Below are positions 13,966 through 26,373 of a stretch of DNA of 64,000 nt, in pieces (position 1 is the first letter of the stretch; each line of letters opens with the position of its first letter). The DNA comes from Squalus acanthias (taxonomy: Eukaryota). The stretch is taken from positions 1 to 64,000 of the forward strand of contig JASTWF010000341.1 of NCBI GenBank assembly GCA_030390025.1. Direction: 5' to 3'. The notes under the pieces are model-generated. The model was not told the DNA's origin. It searched no databases and was given only the letters and a program-made list of their open reading frames with translations. Made by a program: the position numbers and the translations under genes.

Positions 13966-14411
13966 GAGGTTCAGCTTCAAAAGTGTGCAGGTATTTTTCT
14001 GAAGCCTTATTATGCAGTATTGTACAGCCACTCTTCTGAAGAGAGTTCAGATCCATAGGTGCTGGCATCCTTCCAGCATCTCACCCCTTATTTATTCTTC
14101 ATCTGTGAGCCTCCATCGTGCCAGCAGGTATTCAACCATGAGGGTCATCACAGCGCAGATTGACCATATCCTCATCCAACTTTGAGAAGATGTTACTGGA
14201 TGGCAATCAGAAGTAGGAAGCCTGGCTGAGCAAGTAGGAAGCCTCACCTTCTTCCTATCCCTCACGTGCACTAGCGTATTTGTCTTTATAAATACATTTT
14301 TTCTGCAGGAAAAGCCCTCAATTTTTACAATACCGGCATGGTCCTTGCTCCAACATAATTTCCTAATGTCCAGATGAATACACTACATCCCTCCTTTTCT
14401 TTACAATAGGC

Positions 14412-14820
14412 CAACAACAAATAAAAAGGCATCCCAAAGTGCTTCACAACCAATGTTACTTTTGAAGTATAGTTGCTGCTGTTCTGTAAACCATGCATCC
14501 AATTTGCACAGGGAAAGGTCCCACAAACAGCAATGAGTTAAATGTTCAGTTACTCTGTTTTTAGTGGTGTTGGTTGATGGTCAAAAGTTGGCTAGGACAC
14601 CCGAACCTACCTGCTCTTCTTTGAATAATGCCATGGGATCTTTTACATCCACCTGAATAGGTAGACAGGGCCTTGGTTTAACATCTCATTCAAAGGACAG
14701 CACCTCCGACAATGCAGCCCTGAAGTGTCAGCCTGGATTATGTGCTCAAGTCCTGGAATGGGGCTTGAACCCATGACCTCTGATTCAGAGGCGAGAATGC
14801 TACCACTTAGCCAAACTAAC
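14412..14820 (-). mobile_element. DeuSINE-like SINE (AmnSINE1/SacSINE1-related)
   Basis: Minus strand has a tRNA-like head (TGGCTAAGTGG...GGTTCAAGCCC), a Deu-domain-like core (CATTGTCGGAGGTGCTGTCCTTTGAATGAGATGTTAAACCAAGGCCC...GGTGGATGTAAAAGATCCCATGGCA) and an L2-type tail. Confidence 0.75.
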
Positions 14821-14989
14821 ACTTATACATCCTCATATTTTAATAGCTTCTTCTACCTTATTCTTCTTTATCCCAGGGAACCACACCTCGATTCTGAGGA
14901 GGGGGGTGGGGGGGTCTGTCTTTGGCAGTCCCTTGATAGCCAACGTGGGAGAAAGGTATCACTTGAATCCTGTAGCTCCATTAGGATGA

Positions 14990-16495
14990 CTACATCCTCA
15001 CTGCTTAGAATAGCATCATCCTCAGTGACAGATAGAGCACGGTAAACCAGCCACATCTGCCAGTAGTTGGCTTTCAACTGGTGCCATTGATTTGTCTGTA
15101 AACACTGTATGGCTGCTTGCAGTGCAAGATCCTGTTGTGTAGCTTGCTTGATGTCAGTTGTAGTGATTGCCTTAGGTGCAGAATGTTGAGCTACAAAATT
15201 AAATGAATTCCTCAGCTCACTCTGTCTAATGACTTGTGGCATCTCCCGGATCTGGCTGTCATGACATGTGGTTAGCAGGTTATCAGATCTAGGATGATAG
15301 TTAAAATCATGTCATAAGGGTATACTTGCAGCAACTAGGGCTGGATCCTAGAAGGTTTACAGAATATGGGGCTTAGAGAATATGGGGATCTAAGGTCTGT
15401 GATCTGTAAGCACCATAAATTGTTAACCACAGATGTACAGGTGAAATTGCTGTACAGCTCATACAACTGGGAACGCATCACACTGAATCTGGCCGTAATG
15501 CTGCTTTATGGAATGGAGCCAGCGATTGACATAGATGATAAGTCTCACTGCATAAAGAACATCTTTTTGCACAAGGATGACGCTTAAATCCACAGGACTA
15601 GTATTGACATAGATCGCCGTTGGCCTATTAACAGCTACGTAAACCTTAACTGTGTGACTAGATAGCGATTGCATGATCTGAAGTACAGCATGATCATATT
15701 TTGACTGACTATATTTTGTGTGGATCTGTACCTGGCCCATCTTTTTTCCTCGGATATTTTTGTACAGTTGGATGACTGGCAGCACCAGGAGAAGTGATTT
15801 AGTTTCTCGCCTGCACAACATTCTGTCCTTCCCTGGTCAATCAACAAGCGTGTGGGGGTAGCTTCTACTGTAGTAAAAAACATATTGGAATTGACCTGGC
15901 TTGACTGTGGTTTTGCCTTGTCATGAAGTGGTTTGCAGTTGACGCCAACTGGTTGATAGAGACCTGTTGCTTAGTTTCCACAACTGCCACACGATATTGG
16001 GTAAGATCAAATGCTCTGGCTGGTTCTGACAACTTCCCTAAGGTGTGATCTTTCTTCCAGACTGCAGGGTACAAAATATTAGACAAACATCCTTCGACAA
16101 TTTGTGTTTTGATTTCACAACCTCCATCAGTGAAATTACATTTTGTTGCTTGTTGATGCAAGTATGTGCAAAAAATGTCTACAGATTTATTCTTGCGCTG
16201 TGCAGCTTGTCAACATATGATTGATTCATATGTTGTATTTTACTTGGACGTGAAATAATCACTTAAAGCATTCTTACCCTTATCACAATCGGTATCATTT
16301 CCTGTATCGGATAACGTTAAATATATTTTGCAAATGTTCTTCCTCATAAGGCAAAAGCATAACTCTCTTTTGCATAATATTAGTGATATCAAAATCTGTC
16401 ATGGCACTTTCAAACAATTTCATCAATTCCTCCCAACTTGAGGGAACTGAAGTAGGATCATTTTATAGGTTGAATGGGAGTATATGGAGCAATCC
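14990..16495 (-). mobile_element. Highly degenerate, internally deleted Ty3/Gypsy remnant (gag + RNase H/linker)
   Basis: Gag-like peptides (PFNL*NDPTSVPSSW...; CNFTDGGCEIKTQIVEGC...TLGKL), RNase H-like VNTSPVDLSVILVQ...YGQIQCDAFPVV...LTDH, and post-RH linker NFVAQHSAPKAIT..DIKQATQQD; many stops; no RT or LTR seen. Confidence 0.7.
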
Positions 16496-16626
16496 TGAAG
16501 TCCTATTATTTGTAGAATTGCTTTGAGAAGTTGATGGATATAGATATGTGGGATACATTGGATCTGTGGTTCTTGACTCATACAGGCCTACGACTAAGTA
16601 AAGCCTGCATACCAAACCCCAACCCC

Positions 16627-16817
16627 TTCATCGTCGCTGGGTCAAACTCCTGGAACTCCCTACCTAACAGCACTGTGGGAGTACCTTCACCACACGGACT
16701 GCAGCGGTTCAAGAAGGCAGCTCACCACCACCTTCTCAAGGGCAATTAGGGATGGGCAATAAATGCTGGCCTTGCCAGCGACGCCCACATCCCATAAAAA
16801 AAAACGAATTAAAAAAA
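16627..16817 (+). mobile_element. 3' end of the LINE family found at 22834-25969
   Basis: Near identical to 25781-25969 (TCGCTGGGTCAAA...GGGCAATTAGGGATGGGCAATAAATGCTGGCCTTGCCAGCGACGCCCACAT plus A-rich tail). Confidence 0.85.
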
Positions 16818-16839
16818 ATCCCTTCACCCCCCCCCCTCC

Positions 16840-18056
16840 CCCCGCCATTGGCATCCATGCCTTCAGTCATCTTACATAGAAACATAGAACAGTACAGCAC
16901 AGTACAGGCCCTTCGGCCCTCGATGTTGTGCCGGGCATTGTCCGAGACCAAGATCAAGCTATCACACTCCCTATCACTCTGGTGTGCTCCATGTGCTTAT
17001 CCAATAACCGCTTGAAAGTTCCTAAAGTGTCCGACTCCACTATCACAGCAGGCAGTCCATTCCACACCCCAACCACTCTCTGAGTAAAGAATCTACCTCG
17101 GACATCCCTTCTATATCTCCCCCCATGCACCTTATAGTTATGCCCCCTTGTAACAGCTGCCTCTACCCGAGGAAATAGTCTCTGAACATCCACTCTATCT
17201 ATCCCCCTCATCATCTTATAAACCTCTATTAAGTCGCCTCTCATCCTCCTCCGCTCTAAAGAGAAAAGCCCCAACTCCCTCAATCTTTCCTCATAAGACC
17301 TCCCCCCCAAACCAGGCAGCATCCTGGTAAATCTCCTTTGCACTCTTTCCAATGCTTCCACGTCCTTCCTATAGTGAGGTGACCAGAACTGCACACAATA
17401 TTCCAAATGTGGTCTCACCAAGGTCCTGTACAGTTGCAGCATAACCTCACGGTTCTTAAACTCAAACCCTCTGTTAATAAACGCCAACACACCATAGGCC
17501 TTCTTTACTGCTCTATCCACTTGAGTGGCAACCTTCAGAGATCTGTGGATATGAACCCCCAGATCCCTCTGCTCCTCCACGTTCCTCAGAACCCTGCCGT
17601 TGACCCTGTAATCCTTATTCAAATTTGCCCTACCAAAATGAATCACCTCGCACTTATCAGGGTTAAATTCCATCTGCCATTTTTCGGCCCAGCTCTGCAT
17701 CCTATCAATGTCTCTTTGCAGCCTACAACAGCCCTCCACCTCATCCACTGCTCCACCAATCTTGGTGTCATCAGCAAATTTACTGATCCACCCTTCAGTC
17801 CCCTCCTCCAAGTCATTGATAAAAATCACAAACAGCAGAGGACCTCTTGTTCCTAAGTTCTGGAATTCCCTCCCTAAACCTCTCCCTCATCCTTTAAGAC
17901 CATCCTTAAAATCTACCTCATTGACCAAGCTTTTAGTCATCCCTCCTAATATCTTACTCTTTGGCTTGGTGTCAATTTATAGCTGATTATGCTCCTGTGA
18001 AGCGCTTTGGGATGGTTTCCTACATAAAAGGCGCTATATAAATGCAAGTTGTTGTT
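16840..18056 (+). mobile_element. L2 LINE 3' end, split by a CR1 insertion
   Basis: CCATTGG..GCCTTCAG (16845-16870) continues at 17845 as CCTAAGTTCTGGAATTCCCTCCCTAAACC...GCGCTATATAAATGCAAGTTGTTGTT, matching the L2 tail at 58015-58263. Confidence 0.75.
16874..17844 (-). mobile_element. Young 5'-truncated CR1 LINE (RT C-terminal part, open frame)
   Basis: ORF 16954-17829 is open for 291 aa with KFADDTK and LVRPHLEYCVQFWSP; CTATGTTTCTATGT tail; flanked by a TCTT duplication (16870-16873, 17845-17848). Confidence 0.95.
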
Positions 18057-18392
18057 AATTATTCCTATTTGTGATTCCTGAACTCTCTTTTAATTCCTCC
18101 TAAATTATCCATGATTCTCTCACCAATATTCTTGAACCAACCTCATCACCAAAATGTGGTGTTTGTCTTAATAAACACTTATTTATTTGCAGCAATTGTC
18201 CTTCAAGTTAGGTAATCCAACAGAACATTCCTAGTTCACCCTCTAGTATCTGGATGAATATACTACAGGCAGTAAAACCAATTACAACACTCCCAACAAC
18301 ACCCTGACCAAATTCAGCTAGCTCAGCACAGCCCAGGGGTCCCCCGGTCCTTGTGCTCAGCACTCTACCACGCTATAATACAATTAAACATT

Positions 18393-19135
18393 GGGCCAAA
18401 AATTCGGCCCTTCCCGGGTGAGTACACAGTCCGTACTCACCCGTAATGCGTCCCGAAGTGCCGGTTTCCTGCATGCACTGCGCATGCGCGAGAAACCGGA
18501 ACTTCCGGTATGGTGAAGGGGGCGGTTCCTAGGTGAACCGCGTGCGCGGTAGAGGCTGCGCGCACGCAGCAAACTTAGATTTTTTTTCAGGTTTCTACGC
18601 GAGGGTAAGTATTGAAGAAACTACGCTATTAAAAAAGACCCGTTTTCAACAAGGTAAGTGGTTAATTAAGTATAATTTTAAATTTTTTTCAACAGGTTTA
18701 TCTTTATTAGATACTTTAAAGAAAGGTAAGTTTATTTTTATCACTTTTAAAAAGTATTTTAATTTTTTCAAAAATTTAAATTTTTGTTTAAAGTGGTTAA
18801 TTTATTTAACTATAGTTATTTTATAAATGTGATGGGTTTTAAAAAAAAATTATTTTAAGTTTAGCTGTTCTTTTGGGGCCGATTTCAATTCACAGATTTG
18901 ACAGGTCTCCTCATTAGGACCCTGATTTGCATGGGTGACAAGCGGGTGCTGCGGCTGACCGAGGGGAGGCCAGCCACGTATTTTCCATCCACCTAAAATA
19001 AACAAATGCGCCTACTCCTGTAAAATTGAGCATCGGTTTTAACAAAGCGGTAAGGCTACCGACTCAGTTGCACAACTTTGTGCGTAACTTTGGTTGGGTG
19101 CAGGGATCAAACTGGTGGTGGGAGTGGAAAATTGT
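18393..19135. mobile_element. Putative Harbinger-type MITE
   Basis: Starts GGGCCAAAAATTCGGCCC, CpG-rich subterminal hairpin (GGGTGAGTAC..GTACTCACCC), AT-rich core; motif GCATGCGC..AAACCGGAA.TT resembles 43705-43742; right end uncertain. Confidence 0.45.
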
Positions 19136-21774
19136 GTGTAAGTGAAATTTAAGGGGAAGTGCGACAATTAAAGCGGAATGTCAGAATAGGTGGTCGATAA
19201 TTCTGAAAGCCTTTGAAGAAGCTAAAGTATATCTGAATCCATTGGAAGCCTTTGCCAAGACTGAAGGGAGAAGAGACTAAGAAATGACAGGCAAAAATGA
19301 AGGGAGAAGAAAGCCAAGATGAAGCCACAAGTTTGCAGGCAAGAGTCCGAGCAGCCTAGGATGAAATTAGCACCAAAAGTCCTGACTGAACTCCTAAAGA
19401 ACTAAAGAGATTGATATGCAGGCAAAGTAACACCAGCCTTCAGTAGCAGCACACAAAGTGACCTGCTCAATGGGGTATCCACCTCAGGGATACCATCCCG
19501 CAGCTCCTACCGCTACTTATATAGCTATATGGGCGGATGTTGTGGGAAATAGGTTGGAAAGGTTAGCCACGCCCCATGACCTTATTTACATGAGCTGGAT
19601 TAGTCTCCTGGTGGTCCTTAAGGGGTCTGGTGCTTTTTGGAAAGATAATTAAGATGCAGACTTTTTGTAGCAGATTTATGGTGATAGTCTCTAAGAACCC
19701 ATTTCATTCTGTTCATCAAAACGGGTGGTAATTTGGAGGAAAATCGAGACCAGTATCTCATTCTACTACACTGTGTAGCCACAACTAAAATGATAACAGT
19801 TCATTTGGTGACAAATATATTGATTATCTTCTTCAGTGAAAAATGCACCATACTTCCAAAGAGTGCATTATAGCGTCAACAACAGATCTGTAGTTTGAAA
19901 TATGGAGATTTTGTAACTATTAATTAATTAGCTCTAGAATCTAACAATTCACAGCAAAGGCCTTGTGTACTGGCACCAATCTGGGCTCCAAAGCAGCTGT
20001 TAAGGGGGCTCTGAAGCATTCATTATTAGCCTGCATCCAGTTTTGCAGAAAACTCATTAAACAGTGCTAAGATATACTTAATCAAATTGGAGTGGAGCAC
20101 TAAGAACGTCACAGATAAATATCTTAACTTCAGACACACTATGAAGTGGGGGACAAACTAAAAAAAAGGCAATCTATTTTTTTTTAGCATCAGCAGCTAT
20201 GGATGATATGTTTTTGATGAGAAAGCTAGAACAGAAGAGCAAACAGTGAAAGTTAATTTGAGAGTACCCTTTCTATGGTCGAAACACAGGCTCATACAAA
20301 TGATAATAATTCCGTTTCTAACAAAAGAATAAGTAGAGTTAATGACAAGTGCTGTTCTGGCAAGTGCACTGTTGACAGATTTGTTCAGTTCAGTGCCAGA
20401 TTTTAAAGACGATATCACTTCAAATCATTCTACCAAGCTTGTATTTTGTAACTATAATAACAAAAAGCAAATTGTTTACATCATGTGCTAGTTGATACTC
20501 ATTTTTTTTGGAAAGCATATTAAAGCATAGCACGTTGCGCGACTGTTATAACCCATCAGCAGAGGTATGCAGGCTTGCTTTTATTTCTTAAAGGAACATT
20601 TAAAATCTGTAAGGTCTATGAGTTAATCTGATTTATGACACTATTTTTTAAATCTACTTTTTGTTTACCATTAAAAGACATATCATAGATGTAAATCTGT
20701 GATGTTGCAGTTTTGAATTAAGAGTAACTTTTCCCATCAAATAAAATAATAAAAATCCTCACAGTACTTTTAGTATTTAGCATCTTAGTTGTTTCTGATG
20801 TTCATTTTTGATAGTGACAGCAGCATTATTTCAGTAATACAGTGGCATCTGGCTTGTGAAAAACCTGCAAACACTTTAATTAATTGAGGAGAGATTACAT
20901 GGTCTTCCAACCGTGTAGTTTGTCATCAGTGCACATTACAGATTTATATTAATGTATCACCACAGTGTCAGTAATCATTTAAACAGGATAAGAAATGATG
21001 CCAAGCAGTAAAGCTGTATTGCCATACATCAGCAATGATGTTCTAAATATTTTACCTCAAAAGCCACTTTAAACAAATCCCATTTTCTGCAGGTTTAGAA
21101 TGCTGACATAAGAGTTAGAACATAGCCTCCGACAGAGAACAGATAAACAGTATTTAAATAAAATATATTGCTGTATTAATCAATTCAAATTCCCAAGCAG
21201 TAAATAATCCATCTATATATTCTTCACAGAACACTCGTGTGGAGGATTGCGATGTGTGTGCTTCAAGAAGTGTCCTCATTGTCTCGGCTAGACTGGTTAG
21301 GGTTTTATTTGGGTACGAAAAAATAATGAATAATATAGGTGCATGCACCAGTTAGGACATTTGTACCACACTATTTTTGAGGGCTTCAATCTCAATATTA
21401 ATCCCAACAAAATATGCAAATATTTTATTTTTCAGTTCTTAGCCCAGAAAGCTAAGTGAGCTGCTTTACAGAGAAGGGTTAATTTTATTATAGAAATATA
21501 TAATTACTTTTCATATTTATATGAAGTTATTCACTACATACCATGAGCAAATCAGGCACACCAAGGCAGGATGAGGGGAAGACCACGAAGAATACATGTA
21601 AGACCTTGTCATCCTGCATCAGTTCAAACTTCAGGGGTTCCAATTCATTGTGCCAGTTGTTTCAGCTTCAGTCAGCCTCAGTGACTACCTCCACCAACAT
21701 GTCCGATAATGTAGTCATGAGTCTCAATGGAGACTGCAGGTTTGGGATATTTCCTCTATTATAATTAAGCAAAT

Positions 21775-22170
21775 AAAAATGTTTGCATTTATCTATCACC
21801 TTCTGATCATATCAAAATGTCTTAGAGCACTTCTCAACCTTCAATGTTATGTAGGCAAACGCAGCAGCTGTCTGCAGCAACAATGAAATGAATGACCAGT
21901 TAATTTTTTTTGTGATGCTATTGGATGAGAGAGGAATTCTAGGCAGGACACTGGGAGAACTCTCAGCTCTTCCTTGTGGATCTTTAACATTTACCTAAAC
22001 CACTGGAACAGGCATACAGGACCTTGGTTTAACATCTCTTCCAAAGGATGGTATTTCTGACGCTCCAGGACACCCTCATTACTGCTTAGGGGTGCCAGCC
22101 TAGATTATGAGCTCAAGCCATAACCTTCTGACCGAGAGACAAGAGTGCTACCACCTGAGCCAAACTAACA
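21775..22170 (-). mobile_element. DeuSINE-like SINE, older copy
   Basis: Collinear with 14412-14820 (GGCAGGACACTGGGAGAACTC, CCTTGGTTTAACATCTC, AGAGTGCTACCAC..AGCCAAACTAAC). Confidence 0.7.
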
Positions 22171-22833
22171 AATTGAATATTGTTGCTATTATTATTATTA
22201 TTAGCAATATTCAATTTGTCCAGGGTAGTAATATATTTTGTACGCTTTTCCTGAAGTTCTTAATGGCATCAAAATCGTGCATCTAACTTGGTGCAGTGCT
22301 CAGCCATCAGAGGACACTGTACTGACTTCTCTGATGTCAGTCCAAGTCTCTGTCAGACTTCCCACATCTCGCCCCTCCACATCAGGAGAATTGCTGAGTG
22401 CTGAAACCCCAAGAAGTTAATGACTATAAACATGAAATTTCCAATCTAATCTCTTCCAAAAATGAAAGATTGTTCCACTAGTGCTGTCCCAATCATTGAA
22501 ACCTCTTTTTATAGGCCTTGCCTGATACTGATCTTTCTGCAGTTGCTACATTTTTTGCATCCAGAACCTAATAAGAATAAGAATTTCTATTAAAAAATGG
22601 GCCGGAATTTCTCCGGTGCCAAGTGCACGGGTTTGGGGATGAGTCGGCAGTTAAATTCGCAGAAATTGATAGCGCGTCGGGAACCCGCCGTCATCCCGCT
22701 GATTTCTGCATTTAACTCGGGCGCGTTTGGAGGCGCGCCATGGACCCGCTTGGGAGACCTCATTCAAGTACTTAAATGCTTGTTGAGAGACCCTTAAGAG
22801 GGATTTTAACAGCAGCTTTTGGCTTTAACTTCT

Positions 22834-25800
22834 GGAGCACAGTAGCATAGTGGTTATGTTACTGGACTAGTAATCCAGAGGCCTGGACTAATGAGTTCAA
22901 ATCCCACCACGGCAGCTGTGGAATTTAAATTCAGTTAATTAAATAAATCTGGAATAAAAAGCTAGTATCAGTAATGGTGCCCATGAAACTATCGGATTGT
23001 CGTAAAAAAACATCTGGTTCACTAATGCCCCTTTAGGGAAGGAAATCTGCCGTCCTTACCTGGTCTGGCCTATATTTGACTCCAGACCCGCAGCAATGTG
23101 GTTGACTCTTAACTGCCCTCTGAAATGGCCTAGCAAGCAGTTGTAAAAAACAATAAGAATAAAACTGGACGGACCACCCAGCATCGACCTCAGCACCGGC
23201 TATGGACACGACAACGGCACACCCAACCCAGCCGACCCTGCAAAGTCCTCCTCACCAACATCTGGGGACTTGTGTCAAAATTGGGAGAGCTGTCCCACAG
23301 ACTAGTCATACTCACAGAATCATACCTTTCAGCCAATGTCCCAAACTCCTCCATCACCATTCCCTGGGTACGTCCTGTCCCACCGGCACAGTGGTATACA
23401 GTCAGGAAGGAGTGACCCTGGGAGTCCTCAACATTGACTCCAGACCCCATGAAATCTCATGGTTTCATGTCAAGGATGGGCAAGGAAACCTCCTGCTAAT
23501 TACCACCTCCTGCCCTCCCTCAGCTGATGAATCAGTACTCCTCCATTTTGAACACCCCTTGGAAGAAGCACTGAGAGTAGCAAGGGCACAGAATGCACTC
23601 TCGGTGGTGGACTTCAATATCCATCACCAAGAGTGGCTCGGTAGCACCACTACTGAACGAGCTGGCCGAGTCCTGAAGGACATAGCTGCCAGTCTGGGCC
23701 TGCGACAGGTGGTGAGGGAAAAACCTACTTGGCCTCGTCCTCACCAATCTATCGGTCCAGCATTGGTAGCAGTGACCACTGCACACTCATCGTGTTGTGT
23801 GGCACTACCACTGTGCTAAATGGGATAGATTCAGAACAGATCTAGCAGCTCAAAACTGGGCATCCATGAGACGCTGTGGGCCATCAGCAGCAGCAGAATT
23901 GTATTCCATCACAATCTGTAACCTCATGGCCCGCATATCCCTCACTCTAACATTACCATCAAGCCAGGGGACCAATCCTGGTTCAATAAGGAGTGTAGGA
24001 GCAGCACCAGGTGTACCTAAAAATGCGGTGCCAACCTGGGGAAGCTGCAACACAGGACTACATACATGATAAAAAGCGGAAGCAGCATACTATAGACAGA
24101 GCTAAGCAATCCGACAATCAACGGATCAGATCAAAGCTCTACAGTCATGCCACATCCAGTCGTGAATGGTGGTGGACCATTAAACAACTAACGGGAGGAG
24201 GAGGCTCCATGAATATCCCCATCCTCAATGATGGTGGAGCCCAGCACATGAGTGCAAAAGACAAAGCTGAAGCGTTTGCAACCATCTTCAGTCAGAAGTG
24301 CCGAGTGGATGATCCATATCGGCCTCCTCCTGAGGTCCCGACCACCACAGAAGCCAGTCTTCAGCCAATTCGATTCACTCCACGTGATATCAAGAAATGG
24401 CTGATCGCACTGGATACAGCAAAGGCTCAGGGCCCCGACAACATCCCGGCTATCGTACTGAAGACTTGTGCTCCAGAACTAGCCGCGCCTCTAGCCAATC
24501 TGTTCCAGTACAGCTATAACACTGGCATCTATCCGACAATGTGGAAAACTGCCCAGGTATATCCCGTCCACAAAAAGCAGGACAAATCAAATCCGGCCAA
24601 TTACCACCCCCTCAGTCTACTCTCAATCATCAGCAAAGTGATGGAAGGTGTCGTCGACAGTGCTATCAAGCAGCACTTACTTACCAATAACCTGCTCACT
24701 GATGCCCAGTTTGGGTTCCGCCAGGACCACGCAACCCCAGACCTCATTACAGCCTTGGTCCAAACATGGACAAATGAGCTGAATTCCAGAGGTGAGGTGA
24801 GAGTGACTGCCCTTGACATCAAGGCAGCATTTGACCGAGCGTGGCATCAAAGAGCCCGAGTAAAATTGAAGTCAATGGAAATCGGGGGGAAAACTCTCCA
24901 ATGGCTGGAGTCATACCTAGCACAAAGGAAGATGATTGTGGTGGTTGGAGGTCAATCATCACAGCCCCAGGACATCGCTGCAGGAGTTCATCAGGGCAGT
25001 GTCCTAGGCCCAACCATCTACAGCTGCTTCATCAATGACCTTCCCTCCATCATAAGGTCAAAAGTAGGGATATTCGTTGATGACTGCAGTGTTCAGTGCC
25101 ATTCGCAACTCCTCAGACAATGAAGCAGTCCATGCCTGCATGCAGCAAGACATGGACGACATTCAGGTTTGGGCTGATAAGTGGCAGGTAACATTTGCGC
25201 CACACAAGTGTCAGGCAATGACTATCTCCAACAAGCGAGCATCTAACCACCGCCCCTTGACATTCAACGGCATTACCATCACCGAATCCCCCACCATCAA
25301 TATCCTGACCTGCCATTGACCAGAAACTTAACTGCACCAGTAACATAAATACTACTGTGGCAACAAGAGCAGGTCAGAGGCTGGGTATTCTGCGGCGAGT
25401 GTCTCACCTCCTGACTCCCCAAAGCGTTTCCATCAACTGCAAGGCTCAGGTCAGGAATACTGTCCACTTACCTGGATGAGTGCAGCTCCAACAATACTCA
25501 AGAAGCTCGACACCATCCAAGACAAAGCAGCCCGCTTGATTGGCACCCCATCTACCACCTTAAACATTCACGCCCTCCACCACCGGTGTACTGTGGCTAC
25601 AGTGTGTACCATCTACAAGATGCACTGCAGCAACTCGCCAAGGCTTCCTCGGCAGCACCTCCCAAACCCGCGACCTCTACCACCTAGAAGGACAAGAGCA
25701 GCAGGCGCATGGGAACACCACCACCTCCAAGTTCCCCTCCAAGTCACACACCATCCTGACTTAGAAGTATATCGCTGTTCCTTCATAGTCGCTGGGTCAA

Positions 25801-25969
25801 AATCCTGGAACTCCCTACCTAACAGCACTGTGGGAGTACCTTCACCACACGGACTGCAGCGGTTCAAGGCGGCGGCTCACCACCACCTTCTCAAGGGCAA
25901 CTAGGGATGGGCAATAAATGCTGGCCTTGCCAGCGACGCCCACATTCCATGAACGAATTAAAAAAAAAA
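22834..25969 (+). mobile_element. Near full-length CR1/L2-group LINE (APE + RT, frameshifted) with a tRNA-derived 5' head
   Basis: APE motifs (LLTNIWGL, ILTESYL, DFNIHHQEWL), RT ORF 24011-25123 (QFGFR, ALDIKAAFD, QGSVLGP, FVDD), 3' tail and poly-A at 25959-25969. Confidence 0.9.
22843..22904 (+). promoter_or_regulatory. Pol III type-2 internal promoter (A and B box) of a tRNA-derived head
   Basis: A box TAGCATAGTGG (22843-22853) fits TRGCNNARYGG; B box GAGTTCAAATCC (22893-22904). Confidence 0.7.
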
Positions 25970-26373
25970 GTAGGCCATATGGCCCCTCGAGCCTGCTCCG
26001 CCATGCAATAAGATCAAGGCTGATCATCGACCTCAACTCCACTTTCCTGCCCGATCTCCATATCCTTTGATTCCCCTCGAGTTCAAAAATCTATCTATCT
26101 CAGCCTTGAATATACTCAAAGATGCAACATTCACTGCCCTCTGGGGCAGAGAATTCCAAAGATTCACAACCCTCTGAGTGAAGAAATTCTTCCTCATCTC
26201 GGTCTTAAATGGCCTACCCCTTATCCTGAGACTATGCCCCCTAGTTCTAGACACTCCAGCTAGGGGAAACAAGCTCTCAGCATCTACCCTGTCAATCCCC
26301 TTCAGAATCTTGTATGTTTCAATGAGATCACCTCTCATTCTTCTAAACTCCAGAGAGTATAGGCCCATTCTAC

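Noticed and set aside
21230..21295. Cys-rich plus-strand exon (HSCGGLRCVCFKKCPHC)
   Set aside because: Ends in a stop, weak donor, no recognisable domain.
21543..21764. 73-aa ORF and a minus-strand GTATGT donor
   Set aside because: No homology recognised; minus-strand frames contain stops.
22834..22910. tRNA gene
   Set aside because: A and B boxes are present but there is no convincing cloverleaf; it runs into a SINE/LINE body.
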